A stretch of DNA of 64,000 nucleotides from Convolutriloba macropyga (lineage: Eukaryota), in NCBI RefSeq assembly GCF_964194025.1, contig NC_134482.1, positions 32,922,001 to 32,986,000 on the forward strand. The letters are read 5' to 3'. Position 1 is the stretch's first letter, and each line of letters opens with the position of its first letter. The notes beneath the pieces were generated by a model. The model ran no database searches. It was not told the DNA's origin and worked only from the letters and a program-made list of their open reading frames with translations. A program made the position numbers and the translations under genes. This document shows, one piece after another, positions 39,877-53,734 of the stretch.

Positions 39877-42017
39877 AACATAGCTGGCAGATTGCCAGAA
39901 AATAGCCGCAATAGATTCGTAGATCGGCAGTTAAAAAATCAGTAGAAAAGACAAACCAAAAAAAAAAATTCGTCTTTTCATTGAAGGCTGATCTGTTATA
40001 TTTTGATTTAAAATCTGTATGGTATTGCTGCCTCTATTAGCTGATCTCATATAATCTTCATTTAGAGTGACAAACACCCATTTGACCTTATCTCTGAATT
40101 AAAGTAAATAAAAGTCAATTTCAAATTGAGGAAGTCATTTTTGAGAGTGAGGTAAGACAAGTGTGACCAAAAATTTAATCACGCGCATGAACAAAAGAAC
40201 TCGCTCCACTAAGAGCGAAAAATGACGTCACACATGAAATTCAGTTAAAATTGCATGAACGAATGAACAAAAAGTGGCTGTGACGTCATAGGGCCGTAAC
40301 AAAAATCATGACGGCGAAATAAAAAAACATAGCAGGACAAGTCCTAACATACAATTCAAAGAATTTTCATTGACTTAACAAACAACTAGACCTAGAACGG
40401 ACAATGAGTGAATTGAGAAAACCATTTCTAAAAAATCAGATGAAGAAAACAAAAAAAAACAGAAAATCAATGTCAAAATGCTGCTAGGGAGAACAAAAAA
40501 CCACTAGTGAGATATGTAATTTTGATTCTAACAAAAAACTAGGTCCAGAATGTGCTGTGAATGGATTGGGAAAACCATTTACAAAACAAATCCAATCCAA
40601 AAAATCGAAAAAACAGTAAAGATCAGAGTGAAATTGCCGCATGTGAACAAAAAACCACTACCGAGAAACCGAATTTTTGTTCAAACACCGTTTTCTCACT
40701 CTACTTTAAAATTAGAGCGAAAAAAAATTCACGCCGCAAAACCACTCGCTTTTTCGCTCCATTTCCTGTTTCGGCGTGACCAAAATCACCACTCCAATTT
40801 GACTTCAAAAACCATGAAAATGTGTGAACAGATCTTAAAAAAAAAGACAGCGCCCCAATACAATTCAAATTCTTTGAATTGTAAAAAATATAGCAGGACA
40901 AGTCCTGACGGACAATTCAAAGAATTTTCATTGACTAAACAGAAAAACTAGACCTAGAATGGACTATGAGTGAATTGAGAAAACCATTTTAAAAAAATCA
41001 GATAAAAAAACAATGTCAAAATGCCGCATGTGAACAAAAAAACCACTAGCGAGAAATGAAAATTTAATTCAAACAAAAAAACTTGGCCTAGAATGAGCTG
41101 TGAATGGATTGGGAAAACCATTTAGAAAAAAAATCCGATCCAAAAAATCGAAAAAACAGTAAAAATTAGAGTGAAATTGCCGCATGTGAACAAAAAACCA
41201 CTACCGAGAAACCGAATTTTTGTTCAAACACCATTTTCGCACTCTACTTTAAAATTAGAGCGAAAAAAATTCACGCCGCAAAACCACTCGCTTTATCGCT
41301 CCATTTCCTGTTTCGGCGTGACCAAAATCACTACTCCAATTTGACTTCAAAAATCATGAAAATGTGTGAACAGATCTTTAAAAAAAAGACAGCGCCCCAA
41401 TACAATTCAAATACTTTGAATTGTAAAAAATATAGCAGGACAAGTCCTGACGGACAATTCAACGAATTTTCATTGACTAAACAGAAAAACTAGACCTAGA
41501 ATGGACTATGAGTGAATTGAGAAAACCATTTTAAAAAATCAGATAAAAAAAAACAATGTCAAAATGCCGCATGTGAACAAAAAAACCACTAGCGAGAAAA
41601 GAAAATTTAATTCAAACAAAAAAACTTGGCCTAGAATGAGCTGTGAATGGATTGGGAAAACCATTTAGAAAAAAAAATCCGATCCAAAAAATCGAAAAAA
41701 CAGTAAAAATCAGAGTGAAATTGCCGCATGTGAACAAAAAACCACTACCGAGAAACCGAATTTTTGTTCAAACACCATTTTCGCACTCTACTTTAAAATT
41801 AGAGCGAAGAAAATTCACGCCGCAAAACCACTCGCTTTATCGCTCCATTTCCTGTTTCGGCGTGACCAAAATCACTACTCCAATTTGACTTCAAAAATCA
41901 TGAAAATGTGAGAACAGATCTTTAAAAAAAAGACAGCGCCCCAATACAATTCAAATTCTTTGAATTGTAAAAAGAGAAGGCCAATAATAGCCCCAGCTAT
42001 CGCTGTGCGGCTATTAA
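39877..42017 (-). mobile_element. HINE-like family A copy A6 containing three head-to-tail family C units (about 40327, 40890, 41432-41972)
   Basis: Same ends as A4 (ctggcagattgccag hairpin; aatagccgca/tgcggctatt); units of about 560, 542 and 540 bp, each with its own hairpin and subTIR. Confidence 0.8.
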
Positions 42018-42391
42018 AAAATAGAAAAAAATTATACAAACGCACCGAACTTTCTTGCCAGAAAACTTCTGTTAAGGTCATCATTTTAAAGTCTTTTAGT
42101 GAGAATTTTGGGGAAAAGCAAAACTTACAATATAACCGACTGTCGAACGAACCGACTTAAACGAGAAGCATGCGGGGAATCAATTTAAAACTGCGCAAGC
42201 AGGAGGAATTGCATAAGAGATTTCATTAGATTTTTTTTAAAAATAAGATATAAATTATAAGCATGAAAATCAATCCAGCGCACCTTCCATTAGACTTTCA
42301 GCGGTGAGCTGCCGCAAATTAAACTAAACTAACTTAAAAACTGATTGCAATCAATTTAACACTCAAAGCCAAGAATTGAACTCTCTCTTAA

Positions 42392-42817
42392 AACATAACC
42401 GACTAAACGTCGGAAGAATTGTTCTCGAACGACTAGTGGGGGCTCTAATCAATTGCAGTTTGCTCCAGTGGGGGGGGGGGGGGGGGGGGAGGCTAAGAAG
42501 TTAAATAGTGGGCTTCAAATAACCACAGAAGAGGTTAAGATATACCACTATTACGATTTAAAGTTAAAAATGGCACCAGTGTCGGAGCACTTTTCATTTG
42601 ACTTTTAGTATTAAATTGCCGCCAATTGAGTTCAGCTGCTTGAAATAGTGAAAGGGCGTAAAAGTCACACGAAAAGTCAAAACTGTCAAGCAAAAAATTG
42701 CATAAAAAAGACACACGTTCATTACTCGGAAAGCCATCAGACGAAAAATCGAGAGTACCAATCGCTTTAACATCGACAGGATAATATAAATACGAAAAAT
42801 TCGTTAAAGAGCTATTA
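42392..42817 (-). mobile_element. HINE-like family B copy B4
   Basis: aacataa + hairpin ccgac-taaac-gtcgg (42399-42413) + aattgttctcgaacga; poly-G run; interior matches B2; divergent right end tcgttaaagagctattaa. Confidence 0.6.
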
Positions 42818-43877
42818 AACAATTGAGGAATGCTGAGCTTTTAAGTAAACAGTAAATATGAATGAGCGAACAGTTCACAGGGGTACAGTATTGAAAAAAA
42901 ACATGGCACAAAAAATTCAAAAATTTGGCACCTTATCTGCTCGTGAGGTGGATTTAAAATCAGTCACTTTAATGGTATCTGACTGTCCCGTGCACTGTGA
43001 TCCTTATATATAAAAATGTAGAGAAAAAATCAGGATAGTCACAGTTCACGTAGGTCGGAAGTTTTCTACTTTTTCAAAGATAGCGCTCCATTCGTTGAAA
43101 TTGCAGATTTTTTAAGAAAAAATGTTTCTCGTGATTTGATTTTGAACCACGAGTAAATAAAATACAAGATTCAAAGCATACGTTATACTTATTTTTACTA
43201 GGGAGGAAACCGAAAATCCACCTGCAACTGAAGATTAGTGGAAGGCGTTAAAAACATTAATAAAGCATACTAATGTGCAAATCAGTCTCTAGCAGTGCGC
43301 AATTTTGCCATTAACCTTTTAAACGTTTAGTAAACTGTTTTTTAAATAATTTTCATACAAGTTTAAAAAAATTCGAAGCTTTTTCTAAATGCTCCTAAAA
43401 ACCTTTTGTAATCGGTTTTTCAGAATTGCTCATACATTTTCATTCGGATTCATATTCAAACTATATGCTAGCTATTAAAATACTCAACTTCATTTTTCGT
43501 GGAAAAATTGCTCACAATCTTTATTTAGTCACAGAACTCTTGTTCAAAAGTAAGATCTAACTTTTGTCCTGCAAATATATGTTTAGGCAACTTCTGTGTG
43601 CATAAAGTGCACTAGATCTTGATTTCCAGTTGTTTTGGTATTTCTCACCGTGAAAAACCGCCATTTCGCAGCTCCGACATTTCGTTGCCAAACAGTAAAA
43701 TGACAAACCATCTTTTCTCATCAAGCAAAGTCAATGAAAGAAATTTGTTTTAAAACTTCAAAATTTCACTCACATTTTCACGCCTTAACGCAAATCATCC
43801 TTACTGAGTACATACTTTAAGTAGCTTTTCGGTACCAGTGTATAGAAAAGATGAATCTATCATGATAGCATTTTTAG

Positions 43878-45122
43878 AGTAAACAAGACTTGAAAGCAAA
43901 GATAACGTCGCCTCTTCCAGAAGAGATCCCACCGAACAAGGAAGATGAGGAAAATATACTCCCCGGACCCGCAGAAAAACTTCAGATTGAGAACCTTTAC
44001 GACAAGTACCGCGCTCTGTGCATTAAAGAGGGCATTCTTCTTGGCGAATTTTACCCAAAGATAGACCCACTTAAGAACAACGGTAACCTTGAGCTCCCAA
44101 AATCTCCCACACAGAACCAGGGTCGCCTCGCCTCTAGATCCCGTTTTCTGTCAAGATCTAAAAGCCCAGGAGGAAAAACTCCTGAGCAGATCCAGGAAAA
44201 ACCGTTGACACAATCAACGCCTATTGACGAGATTCTACCGCTACAAACAGAAACTGATGACATACTCAACGTTGAATCACAGCCTATCGGAAGCCCCAGG
44301 GTGGCTTTAAATACAAACTCCAATTTCGAGAATACGCCCAGAAGTCCGCGTGGTTCCCCGAATACGTCGAAAAGTCCACGGACGTTTGCGAATTTTGGCC
44401 TTCCTAGAAACATAGGAGTTCAAACTCGCGGCCCGAGAACCTATAATGTCAGCGTACAGACAGAAAAAGCACGCCTCCGCGAACATGAAACACAAACGGA
44501 CTCTTTAACGAAGTTCATAACGGACGCCGAGAAACACGAAGATGAGTGGGTTGTCTGTGAAAAACAACCACAAGACAAAACTCTTCAAAGTGCTCTGGAA
44601 ATGAACTCTCTCTTTGACACAAATCCCTTTCCTGAAAGTGCGCCAAATAACGATTTACCAGATCAAGAAGAACTTGTTCAGAAAGTTCCAGATCCAAACG
44701 ATATACAATTCCGTCAAACTCTCGAAAAGGAAACAGTAAATGATCGATTTAAACTGCCATTGGATGATTATCCTGTCCACAATATAACAGTTTTGGTGGA
44801 AAGTTACGATGACTGCAATGGTCAACCTGAGAATTACAATGATCACTTGAATCATGATGACTATGATCAAATTGCAAATGTTTCGTTAAACATGCAGGAT
44901 CCGAGTTTCCCATGGGACGAACGTAGACTGCATGATAGCTACATACCCAAAGATGTGTATAAGACATTTGAACAAGACTATGGCTCTGACAAAGGTAGTC
45001 TTGTTTCACCAGGAGGCTCCAAAGATACCGCTGCTCAAATTGAAGTTTCAAAAAGTGATCCAGCAAAATCTGATCTGGACAATTTTGACTACTACGCGAT
45101 TCAGTTTGAAATGGATAAACAG
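43878..45122 (+). CDS. Uncharacterised gene, exon 3 (Ser/Pro/acidic, probably disordered)
   Basis: tttttag|AGT AAA...; 415 open codons; donor CAG|gtaaag; phase 0 at both ends. Confidence 0.8.
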
Positions 45123-45406
45123 GTAAAGTCAAAAATTAACCAAATTTCATTTTTTTGCAGGACAAGAAAATCTTCTGATAATTTGGTAAAAATCAAACAT
45201 GATTTTATGAGGGAGAAAAGTCAAAATAAAAGTTTTTATAACTAAATTTTGCATGAAAATCTTTATTCTTTTGTTGACAAGTTCATTTCATTTCACGAAG
45301 GACGACAATAATTCTTTCGTTTTTTGACACCTGAACTCAACATAAAAGAATTAGCAATATCTTCTGTTAAAAGTTTTAAATAAACCCGACCAAGTTTCTA
45401 TTGTAG

Positions 45407-45620
45407 CAAAGAAACGTGAGAATGGACAGGGTTCGTAAGCATCACAAGGCGATGGAAGAAGAGAAAGAAAAGCGACGGTTGGAGGCTAACAAAAATAGTC
45501 ATGCAGGTGATAGAAGTAGTTTTGATAACAGCAGAAGAGGAAGCAACAACACTAACAACTCATCATCACCAATGAGTAGCACAAGACAGATTTATAGTGG
45601 GAATTGTTATTCGCCTACAG
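45407..45620 (+). CDS. Uncharacterised gene, exon 4
   Basis: ttgtag|CAA AGA AAC GTG...; charged helix RVRKHHKAMEEEKEKRRLE; donor ACAG|gtcagg, phase 1. Confidence 0.75.
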
Positions 45621-45861
45621 GTCAGGAATCAATTGTAAAATCTGATGAAAGACGTCAGCAAAGAGTTTTCGTTCTTATTTTACCATAAGAGCAAATATCG
45701 AATTAAAACTAGGATAGAGCACATTCACTAGAGTTTTCCACGGGGGACACTTTTCTCCAGGTGAAATTTGGCCAACTTATAACAGATTTTGATACACCCG
45801 TGCAACAACCGTATATAATAATTGCTCCGACTCGACTTGTGGGGGGAGGAACTATATACTC

Positions 45862-46187
45862 TGTTATCTTTTCTTTAGTCTGATCCGCTTTCAGAGACAA
45901 CGACTGGTTTTCAAGAGTTTATTTTGCTGTATGTTATTCTATAAGCTTGTATGCTTGTTAAACAATAGCTTACAAAGGTGTGGTTTATACCCGCATTTAC
46001 TATCAAAGTTAAGTGTGGCACGATGAAACTCATGTATGATAATGAATAAAAAGGTTTGGCATTGAAAGTCATGAAAAATCAAAGTTAAGATATGACTTTT
46101 ACAGCGATTATGAATATGAACTCAACAAATTTCAACTAAATAACAAGGGGAAGGATTGGGGGGCTAAACGGTTACGGACCGTTTACA
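45862..46187 (-). repeat. 3' LTR (326 bp)
   Basis: tgtt...taca; about 8 differences from 53408-53734. Confidence 0.93.
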
Positions 46188-46330
46188 CTCCGGCAAGCAA
46201 CAACAAAACTTAGCAAATAAATTTATCAGAAAAGAACAAAAAAATTGACATCAGAAATTCAAATTTACTGCCTCAATAGTTTCCGCTTAAGTGAGTTTTA
46301 TGCATCAATTTGACATGATTGAAGGAGTAT

Positions 46331-49300
46331 TCATTCACCCTCCGCGGCCAACGAAGAAGAATCATTGTCAGTTTCAAACACCTTGCCCAATCTCACTGCG
46401 GGACGTTGCACCATGCCAGTACTGGTCTTGATGTCGAAGCTTCTTGCCACTCCATCTCTGCTCACATGTGCTTTGACGATCCGACCAATGGGCCAAATTC
46501 CTCGGGGTGTAAAATCTTTGTAGAGCCAAACAACATCGTCTTCCTTGAGCTCAGCGTTGGCCTGCTGCCATTTTGTCCGTCTGTTAAGTTCCGGTACAAA
46601 TTCTTTGAGAAGACGAGACCAATAGCGGTCCAAAAGGGTCTGTGACTCCTTGAAGTCTTTAATTGAAAACCGGGTTCTGTTGTTTGCCAGAGGTTTTAGG
46701 CAGAAGTGTCGTCTTCTCATCAGGAAATGATTCGGTGTTAATGGTTCCTCGTCAGTCAAAGTGCTCCCAACATGCGTCAGTGGGCGTGAATTAAGAATTC
46801 CTTCTGCCTCCGCTACGACTGTATGGAAGACTGAAAAGTTTAGTCGGCGGCTTCCGCGGACAACAAGTAGGCTTCGTTTAGCCGACTGGATAAGTCGTTC
46901 CCAAACCCCTCCGAAGTGCGGTGCCAGAGGTGGGTTGAACGTCCACTGGATGTTCTGTTGGGCCAGCTGGAGACGTATGTAATTGTTGTCTGGTTTGTAG
47001 TTTTCCTAAAAATTGAGTTTCATTGCCTGGTTAGCTCCAACAAAGTTTTTCCCGTTGTCCGAAACAATGACATCAGGGTATCCTCGTCTGGATACAAAAC
47101 GTCGAATAGCCATTAGTAGACAGTCAGTAGAGAGGTCCTCACAAACTTCCAAGTGTACTGCTCGTGTGACCAAGCATGTAAACATACAGACATAATTGAG
47201 TTGTCTGGGTTCTGGATTTTTCAATGTGAAAGGGACCGAACATGTCCATTCCAGTATTCACAAATGGGTAGAGTTTGGAGTGCTCCGGAAAGCGAAATTT
47301 TGGTAGAGGAGCCATCTTCGGTCTAACATTGTCTGCTCGCCAGCGTCTGCAGATGAAGCAGTACTTCCCTAAAGTTCTTAGAGCTCTGCGGATTCCAACT
47401 ATCATAAACGTTGCTTGGATATGTGCACGAACATGTTCAAATCCATGATGCCCGCAGTCGTGATGTGCTTTCTCAAAAAGCAGTTTGGCAACTCTGCACT
47501 TGCTGTGGAGTATCACCGGATGTTTGCTCTGAAAAGGCAATCCAGATTTTTGAATTCGTCCCTCAACCCTAAGTAGTCCGTCGCGATCCAGAAAGGGTGT
47601 ATATGGTAATAGTTTGTCCCTCTTGTCTAGGGGTAGTCCACTTTGAAGTCGAGAAACTGTGTCCTTGAAGTGTGTGGACTGAGATATCCTCAAGAGAAAG
47701 CTCCGAGCCTTGTTTTCGTCAGTCGCGAAGTCGTCCAAGTCGCAAGGTATGTCGGGTTTGATCAACCTCTTCAGTACGCGCACTGCTCGAAACACTGTTC
47801 TAATTGTGCCAAGGAGTCTAGGCCAATTTGAAAATCTGTTTGGATCTACCAACGGTTTTTCACTGGTCTTGACATCAACTTGAGTGGCGTATGTTTGAGC
47901 TGTTTTGTCACCGGAGAATGTCCACTCGCTCCTAGGTTTGATCAGGAAAGAAGGTGCTGTTATCCACAATTTTTGAAGATCGCATGGAGCTAGACCTCTG
48001 GTACCATGATCAGCCGGGTTCATTTTTCCTGGTACGTGTCGCCAGTCGTCTTTGTTTGAGTTCTCAGCAATTTTGTTGAGCCTATTTGCGATGTACATCT
48101 TCTGTCGATCCTTTGATTTGATCCAGCTGAGTACTGCTGTGCTGTCGGTCCAAAATTTTTTGCTCTTCACATCTATTGTCATCTCGGTCTCACAGAAGCC
48201 TGCTAGTTCTGCTCCCAGTGTAGCTGCTTCGAGCTCCAATTTGGGAATGCTCATCTGTTTGATTGGTGCCACCTTGGACTTGCTGATGACGTAGTGGGTA
48301 GCTATTGAGCCGTCAGCGGAGATTGTCCTCAGGTACACCACTGCTGATACTGCTGAAAGTGAAGCGTCTGTGAAGGTGTGCAACTCGTGAGTTCCATCGA
48401 CGATGGGAACTAGACATCTGGGGATTTGAATTGAAGGCATATTCTCGTAGTCTTCCATCCATTGCTGAATTTCGTCGTAATGTTCCTTTGATAGTAGCTG
48501 GTCCCAATTGTGTCCTTGTTTGACGACTTTTTGCAAGATGCATCTCAGTCGAATTGCAAAAGGCGAGATTATTCCAATGGGATCAAACAAAGAAGCAGCC
48601 ATTGAGAGAAGCTTTCTCTGTGTGATATTCTCTCTTTCATAGCTCAGTTTGGGTTTCGCAAAAAGAAGTTGATCGGATTCAGGGTTCCATGTTTGACCAA
48701 GTATCCTTTGTAACTTTAGAACTCCAATTCTGTCTTCCTCTGGAATCTTTTCCAGCACAGCAGGGTTATTGCTGAGAAACTTGGTGAGGTTGAATCCCCC
48801 TGTTTTGAGAACATGTTTCAGCTCAGTCGCTGTATTTGCTGCCTCTTCCTCTGTTGAGAGTGTTTGAATGAAGTCATCCATGTAGAATTGTTTTGTGATT
48901 GAGTCAAAGATTTTTGGATGTTCTTGTCTGTTATCGTTGGCGCACTTTTGCAGAACAAAAATTGCGCAGGCAGGAGAACATGTTGCTCCAAAAATGAGTC
49001 GTTGGTATTTGGATGTCCTCTCCTGATCATTGTCGCTCCACAAAAAACGAAGAGCATCTTGGTCTTCTTCTCTGATTCCAACTTGCATGAACATAGCCTC
49101 TATGTCTGCTGTTACTGCAACCTTGTACTGACGAAACCGTAGAAGAAGTCCATGTAGATTGCACAAAAGGTCCGGTCCCGTTAGCAGTGCATCGTTCAAA
49201 GAAACCCCTTTGTATTTTGAGGCTGCATTTGTCACTCGTCTTATCTTGTCTGGTTTTTGCTTGTTGATGACGGGATGATGCGGTAGGTACCAAATGTTCT

Positions 49301-52300
49301 TTGCATCCTGGTTCGTAACAGCTGCTATGTATCCCTTATCCATATCATCAAAGATAGTGGTCATATATCTCTGTTTCAGTTGGTTGTCTCTCTCTAATCG
49401 CTTCTGCAGGGCGTGCCACTGAACCCTTGCCATGAAGTAGTTGTTGGGTAGCGTGACGTTTTCTCGCCAAGGGAGTCCAACCTCATATCTTTCCCCGTTG
49501 TGATGTGTGGTCTCTGCCAAAGTCTTTATTGCCTTCTGGTCTTCTTCATTGTGTCCCTTCGTAGAACCCTGACTAAAGTTGACACCTTCAAAGGTCCAAA
49601 AAAGATGTAGAAGATTTTCGTCCGGGTCGTCACTACCTCGCTTGAGATGGTTGAAAAGAGTGATGTTGTGGTTGCTTCTTCCTTTATGGTTTGGTTGAAA
49701 GTACTCTTGTGGCACAGGGCCTGTCAAAGTCCATCCTAACAGTGTGTTGACTCCGTAGGGTGTTCCTGGTTTGCCGGTAGTGAATTGTCTTGGAACAGTA
49801 GCCAGAAAAGCATCTGCCCCTATGAGTATTCCAATTTTGTTGTCACGAATTTGTGGGAAGTTGATTTCTGCCAAATGATCATGGTCTCTACAAAGTCTAT
49901 TCAACATTTCTGCGGGGACAATTGGCATCTGGAACTGCTCAATGGAGGTTGCGTACACAGGAAGACTTGTCACCGGTTTTGAGCTGTGACGTGAACCAAT
50001 TCCAATCATGACATCAGCTGTTGTCACTGTGTGCTCCCCATGTAGCGAAGCTAGAGGAAGTTCTATATCTTTGGGGACTCTAATCCGAAGAGCATCAGCA
50101 ATGTTTTGTGTGATCTGTGTATTATCACTTCCACTGTCCAAAAGTGCATAGGTCTCTATGTTGAAGTCTTTGTAGAAGAGCGTGACTGGTATTGCCTGTA
50201 GTTGAATAAAAGCTCTGACCCATGTGGGTTCCCGATTTCTGCTACAAGTGTGGTTTTGCACCCGTGGAAGTTTTGATGAATCATCATTCAGTTCGTTGCT
50301 AGTCACTGATTGAAAGTGAGTGTTACTTCTGTCATTAGTTTGCTGGGGATTGATGTGCTGCTGATTGGCAGTTTGATGCGAGTTGTTGTTTCCATAGCTT
50401 GGATTACGAGGGTTGAAACTGTTTTGATTGTATCCCCTTCTGTTGTTGGTATTTGGCGTGTTACTGGTTGTTGACGAAAGCTGAGACGTTGTATGGTTGA
50501 AGTTTCCACCGTAGTTTGACTGCACCGGGTTGTTCCTGGATTGAAATCCCCCTTTACTCGCTGCTTGGAAATCACTTCTCTGCAAAGTCCTGAAGTCGTC
50601 TTGATGGAGAGTTGAATGATGAAACCCATTGCATCTGTCTACAAGACATCGAATCTTTGATTTACAAAATCCACCCTCATGTCTCTTCAAGCAATTGACA
50701 CACAAGTTGTGATGCCTCACCAATTGCTGACGGTCAGCTACAGACTTGCTCAGGTATTCTTTGCAGCGACCAAGGTTGTGATCCCCAGAGCATAGTTGAC
50801 AATTTGAGCTGGCTTGAAGAACTATGTTGGAGTGTTTCTGGCCTTGGGAAGGCCGTTCAACCCGGTCTGTTCTTTGTGGTCTTTGTGGAGAGACATCCTC
50901 GCAAGCCTCTGCATATGTGCTTATCCAATCTGCAAAGTCAGCCAGATTTGGCTGCTCTATTCTCATGCTCCTTACATGTTGATTCCAGCGAATCGTCATT
51001 GGTGTTGTCAACTTCTCCTTGGCAACTTTAACTACCGCAGAAGCCTTCAGGTCCGATTCAAAATGGTGAAGTCGAAAGGTCTGTACCGAACGTCTGAGGA
51101 AGGACGCAAAACTTACAAAGCTGCTGGGATCATCCATTCTGGTCCTAGGCCATTGTTCAAGTTGTGTGAGGTACGCACTCAACATGCTGCGGCTTTCCAA
51201 ACTTTCGGATAAGTTCTTGAAGGGCCTCCTCATAGAAGTCTCCGTTGTAAGAGTATCTACAGATGAAGTCTTTTGCTTTGTGACTTACCGAGTTTTGCAA
51301 GTATGTCATTTTCTGAACAGATGAAAGAGCTGGATTGTCGTGAATGGTTGACTTGAAAAAGCTGTACCATTGATGCCACATCAAAGGATCGCCTGAGAAA
51401 TGGTCAAGACTGATCTTTGGCAGACTGAACGCATTCATCATCACTTGATGGTTGGTCCATTCAGAACTGTGGGGTCGTTGTTGGAACTGTTGCTCAGAAA
51501 ACTGTTGTGGCATGAAATTGAAGTGACGGCTGGTCTCTCCGTTGGGAGCGTTCATCATTTTGTTTGTCTCTGGGAATGAGTGATCCATTTGTCTACCGAG
51601 CAAATAGCGTGACTGCTGCTGATCCCGCGGATAGTGATTGTCTGCAAAAGTTTGAGTGAAATTGTCAGGCATTGCTTGATGTTGAAATCCGGTTGCTGTA
51701 CAGGAATTCCAGTACACAGTGTCTGATGGTTGATCGCTAGAAATATTGAGGGTAGCAAAACCTTGATTTGGAACATTCACATCAACAATCGGGCAACTCT
51801 GAACCTGTTTCGCACACTCACTGAAGCTGCGATGCTCCTGTATCGCACTGTTCTCTTTTGGTTTCTGTTGCTGAGCATTGTATTTTTCTACACTTGTTCT
51901 TTCTTTTTGAAGATCACGATGACTGTTTTTGAATGGTACACCATCATGGTCATCAGAACTGAACACCTCATCCCAGCTCTCAGCGTTTTCACCTGCATTT
52001 TGCATTTGCGTTTTACGTCTCATTCCGCTTGGTTGTTTACGTCTGCTTCCTGAAACAACCACCTTGCTGCGTATTTTGTTGGGCTCTTCCGAGGAGGTGT
52101 CGGAAGAGATGAACTTTTGATGGTTTGACCCAAGAAGCAATCTGACTTTTTGTTTGGTTCTCAGCCATTTGCAATTTCTCCGTGCAGACTCTGCAGCAAC
52201 AGTGTCGAACTCTTCTTGTGTCAACTGCTGTTCTATGAGTTCGTAACACATGCGATCAGGCTCCGCTTTTTGCGGTCGAAGTTCGTCAACGAGCTCTTGG

Positions 52301-52455
52301 AGGTCTGTTGCTGCTTCTGTTTGTTGCATTTGTTCGTCGAGTAGGTCTTGTGCTGCTTCCCACTCAATGACTTTGAACTTCAACAGTTGCATGAGTTGAG
52401 CCTTGGAGGTTGACTTTGTTTTGGTTTTGCTTGACATGGTTCTGGCTTTTCTCAT
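46331..52455 (-). pseudogene. BEL/Pao gag-pol polyprotein, disrupted
   Basis: Gag FSGDPLMWHQW; knuckles CQLCSGDHNLGRC, CVNCLKRH, CLVDRCNGFHHSTLH; protease ALLDSGS; RT YMDD; RNase H FTDAS; integrase HHCC and SDNGKNFVGA, PHFGGVWER. Frameshifts near 51180 and 47200; in-frame TAG at 47006-47008. Confidence 0.92.
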
Positions 52456-53389
52456 TGGTTAATGGTTACTTTGTTTATGGTTGCACGATGACATTCACAA
52501 AAAACAATTATTGCACTATGAGTGTTATGAGTCACTGCACTTTTAGTTAGCACTTAAAATGTTGTTTGAACGCTTATTAATTGTTTTTTTTGTATCTAAA
52601 AATAACTTGAATGCTATTTATACTGCTGTTGTGGACAGCTATTAATGGTTTGGTTGTCTTATGTTTTACCAAATCTTGCTTGAATGCTGTTTTTTTATTA
52701 AATTATATTATGCACGCTTTACGCGGTGGGGAGGGTTTTGTCTGATCACGGTCGCAAAGAAACACCCTAACCTGGGGAGGATACTGTTTTACCTTTTAGA
52801 AAAATTTGTGCCTAGAAACAAAAACTTTTGCACTTGCGTGTCAGCAGGTGCAAAACTGTATATCAGAATCAGCTAGAGTATCTGTTTGAATGTAAGAAGG
52901 GCTTAATCAAACCCTGAAATTTTAAATGCTCTTTCGCTAGACTTAGGGTCAGAGAGTTTTAGCTGAACTAGAACGTGCTATAATCTAAGAAAACGCAGGC
53001 TTTGCTACCTATGTATATGCTCGACTATCCCCGTCGTCAGCCTATGCGTTGGTTCAAAAGAGAACCCACAGCCTCACCCGCTCAGACCCCAGTCAATCTT
53101 ATTAGCAAATGTGGGACCTCTAGCCGCATGGACTAGAGAACTGCATTGAGCGGATTGCATCATAATGTTCGGAGTGCAATGAACGATGCAGGGGGAAGGT
53201 CATCGAACTGTAACTTACTTAGAAAGCCTGACAGCCTAGAAATTTGAAGTGCTAAAATATCAGATGGAAAAAATCTATAGCACGTTTAATTCAGCTAGGT
53301 GGTGGGATTTTTTAAAGTTTTAGTGGAAAACTACAAGTCAGAAATTTTAAGTTGTCTCTGTATTGTGAGTCGATGGTTCGGTTTTAAAA

Positions 53390-53403
53390 CCGAGGATGCG
53401 CCA
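53390..53403 (-). promoter_or_regulatory. Primer-binding site of the BEL/Pao element
   Basis: TGGCGCATCCTCGG, 4 nt downstream of the 5' LTR; begins TGG, complementary to the tRNA CCA end. Primer tRNA not identified. Confidence 0.7.
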
Positions 53404-53407
53404 AAAT

Positions 53408-53734
53408 TGTTATCTTTTCTTTAGTCTGATCCGCTTTCAGAGACAACGACTGGTTTTCAAGAGTTTATTTTGCTGTATGTTATTCTATAAGCTTGTATGC
53501 TTGTTAAATAATAGCTTACAAAGGTGTGGTTTATACCCGCATTTACTATCAAAGTTAAGTGTGGCACTATGAAACTCATGAATGATAATGAATAAAAAGG
53601 TTTGGCATTGAAAGTCATGAAAAATCAAAGTTAAAGACTTGACTTTTACAGCGATTATGAATATGAACTCAACAAATTTGAACTAAATGACAAGGGGAAG
53701 GATTGGGGGGCTAAACGGTTACGGACCGTTTACA
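53408..53734 (-). repeat. 5' LTR (327 bp)
   Basis: Direct repeat of 45862-46187, adjacent to the PBS. Confidence 0.93.

Larger units (their letters stand above)
45862..53734 (-). mobile_element. Full-length BEL/Pao LTR retrotransposon, antisense in intron 4 of the + strand gene
   Basis: Two TG...CA LTRs; 5-bp TSD tactc (45857-45861 and 53735-53739); domain order Gag with 3 CCHC-type knuckles, PR, RT, RH, INT. Confidence 0.95.

Noticed and set aside
40327-41972. CRISPR-like array
   Set aside because: Units are ~540-bp whole repeats without unique spacers, the context is eukaryotic, and there are no cas genes.
45841-45856. ggggggagga as a polypurine tract
   Set aside because: It lies outside the TSD, is on the wrong strand, and aligns to the host repeat.
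51157-51233. Programmed gag-pol ribosomal frameshift
   Set aside because: The break falls within Gag, upstream of the zinc knuckles, with no slippery heptamer. BEL/Pao elements usually have one ORF and this copy has other lesions, so a mutation or sequencing error is more likely.
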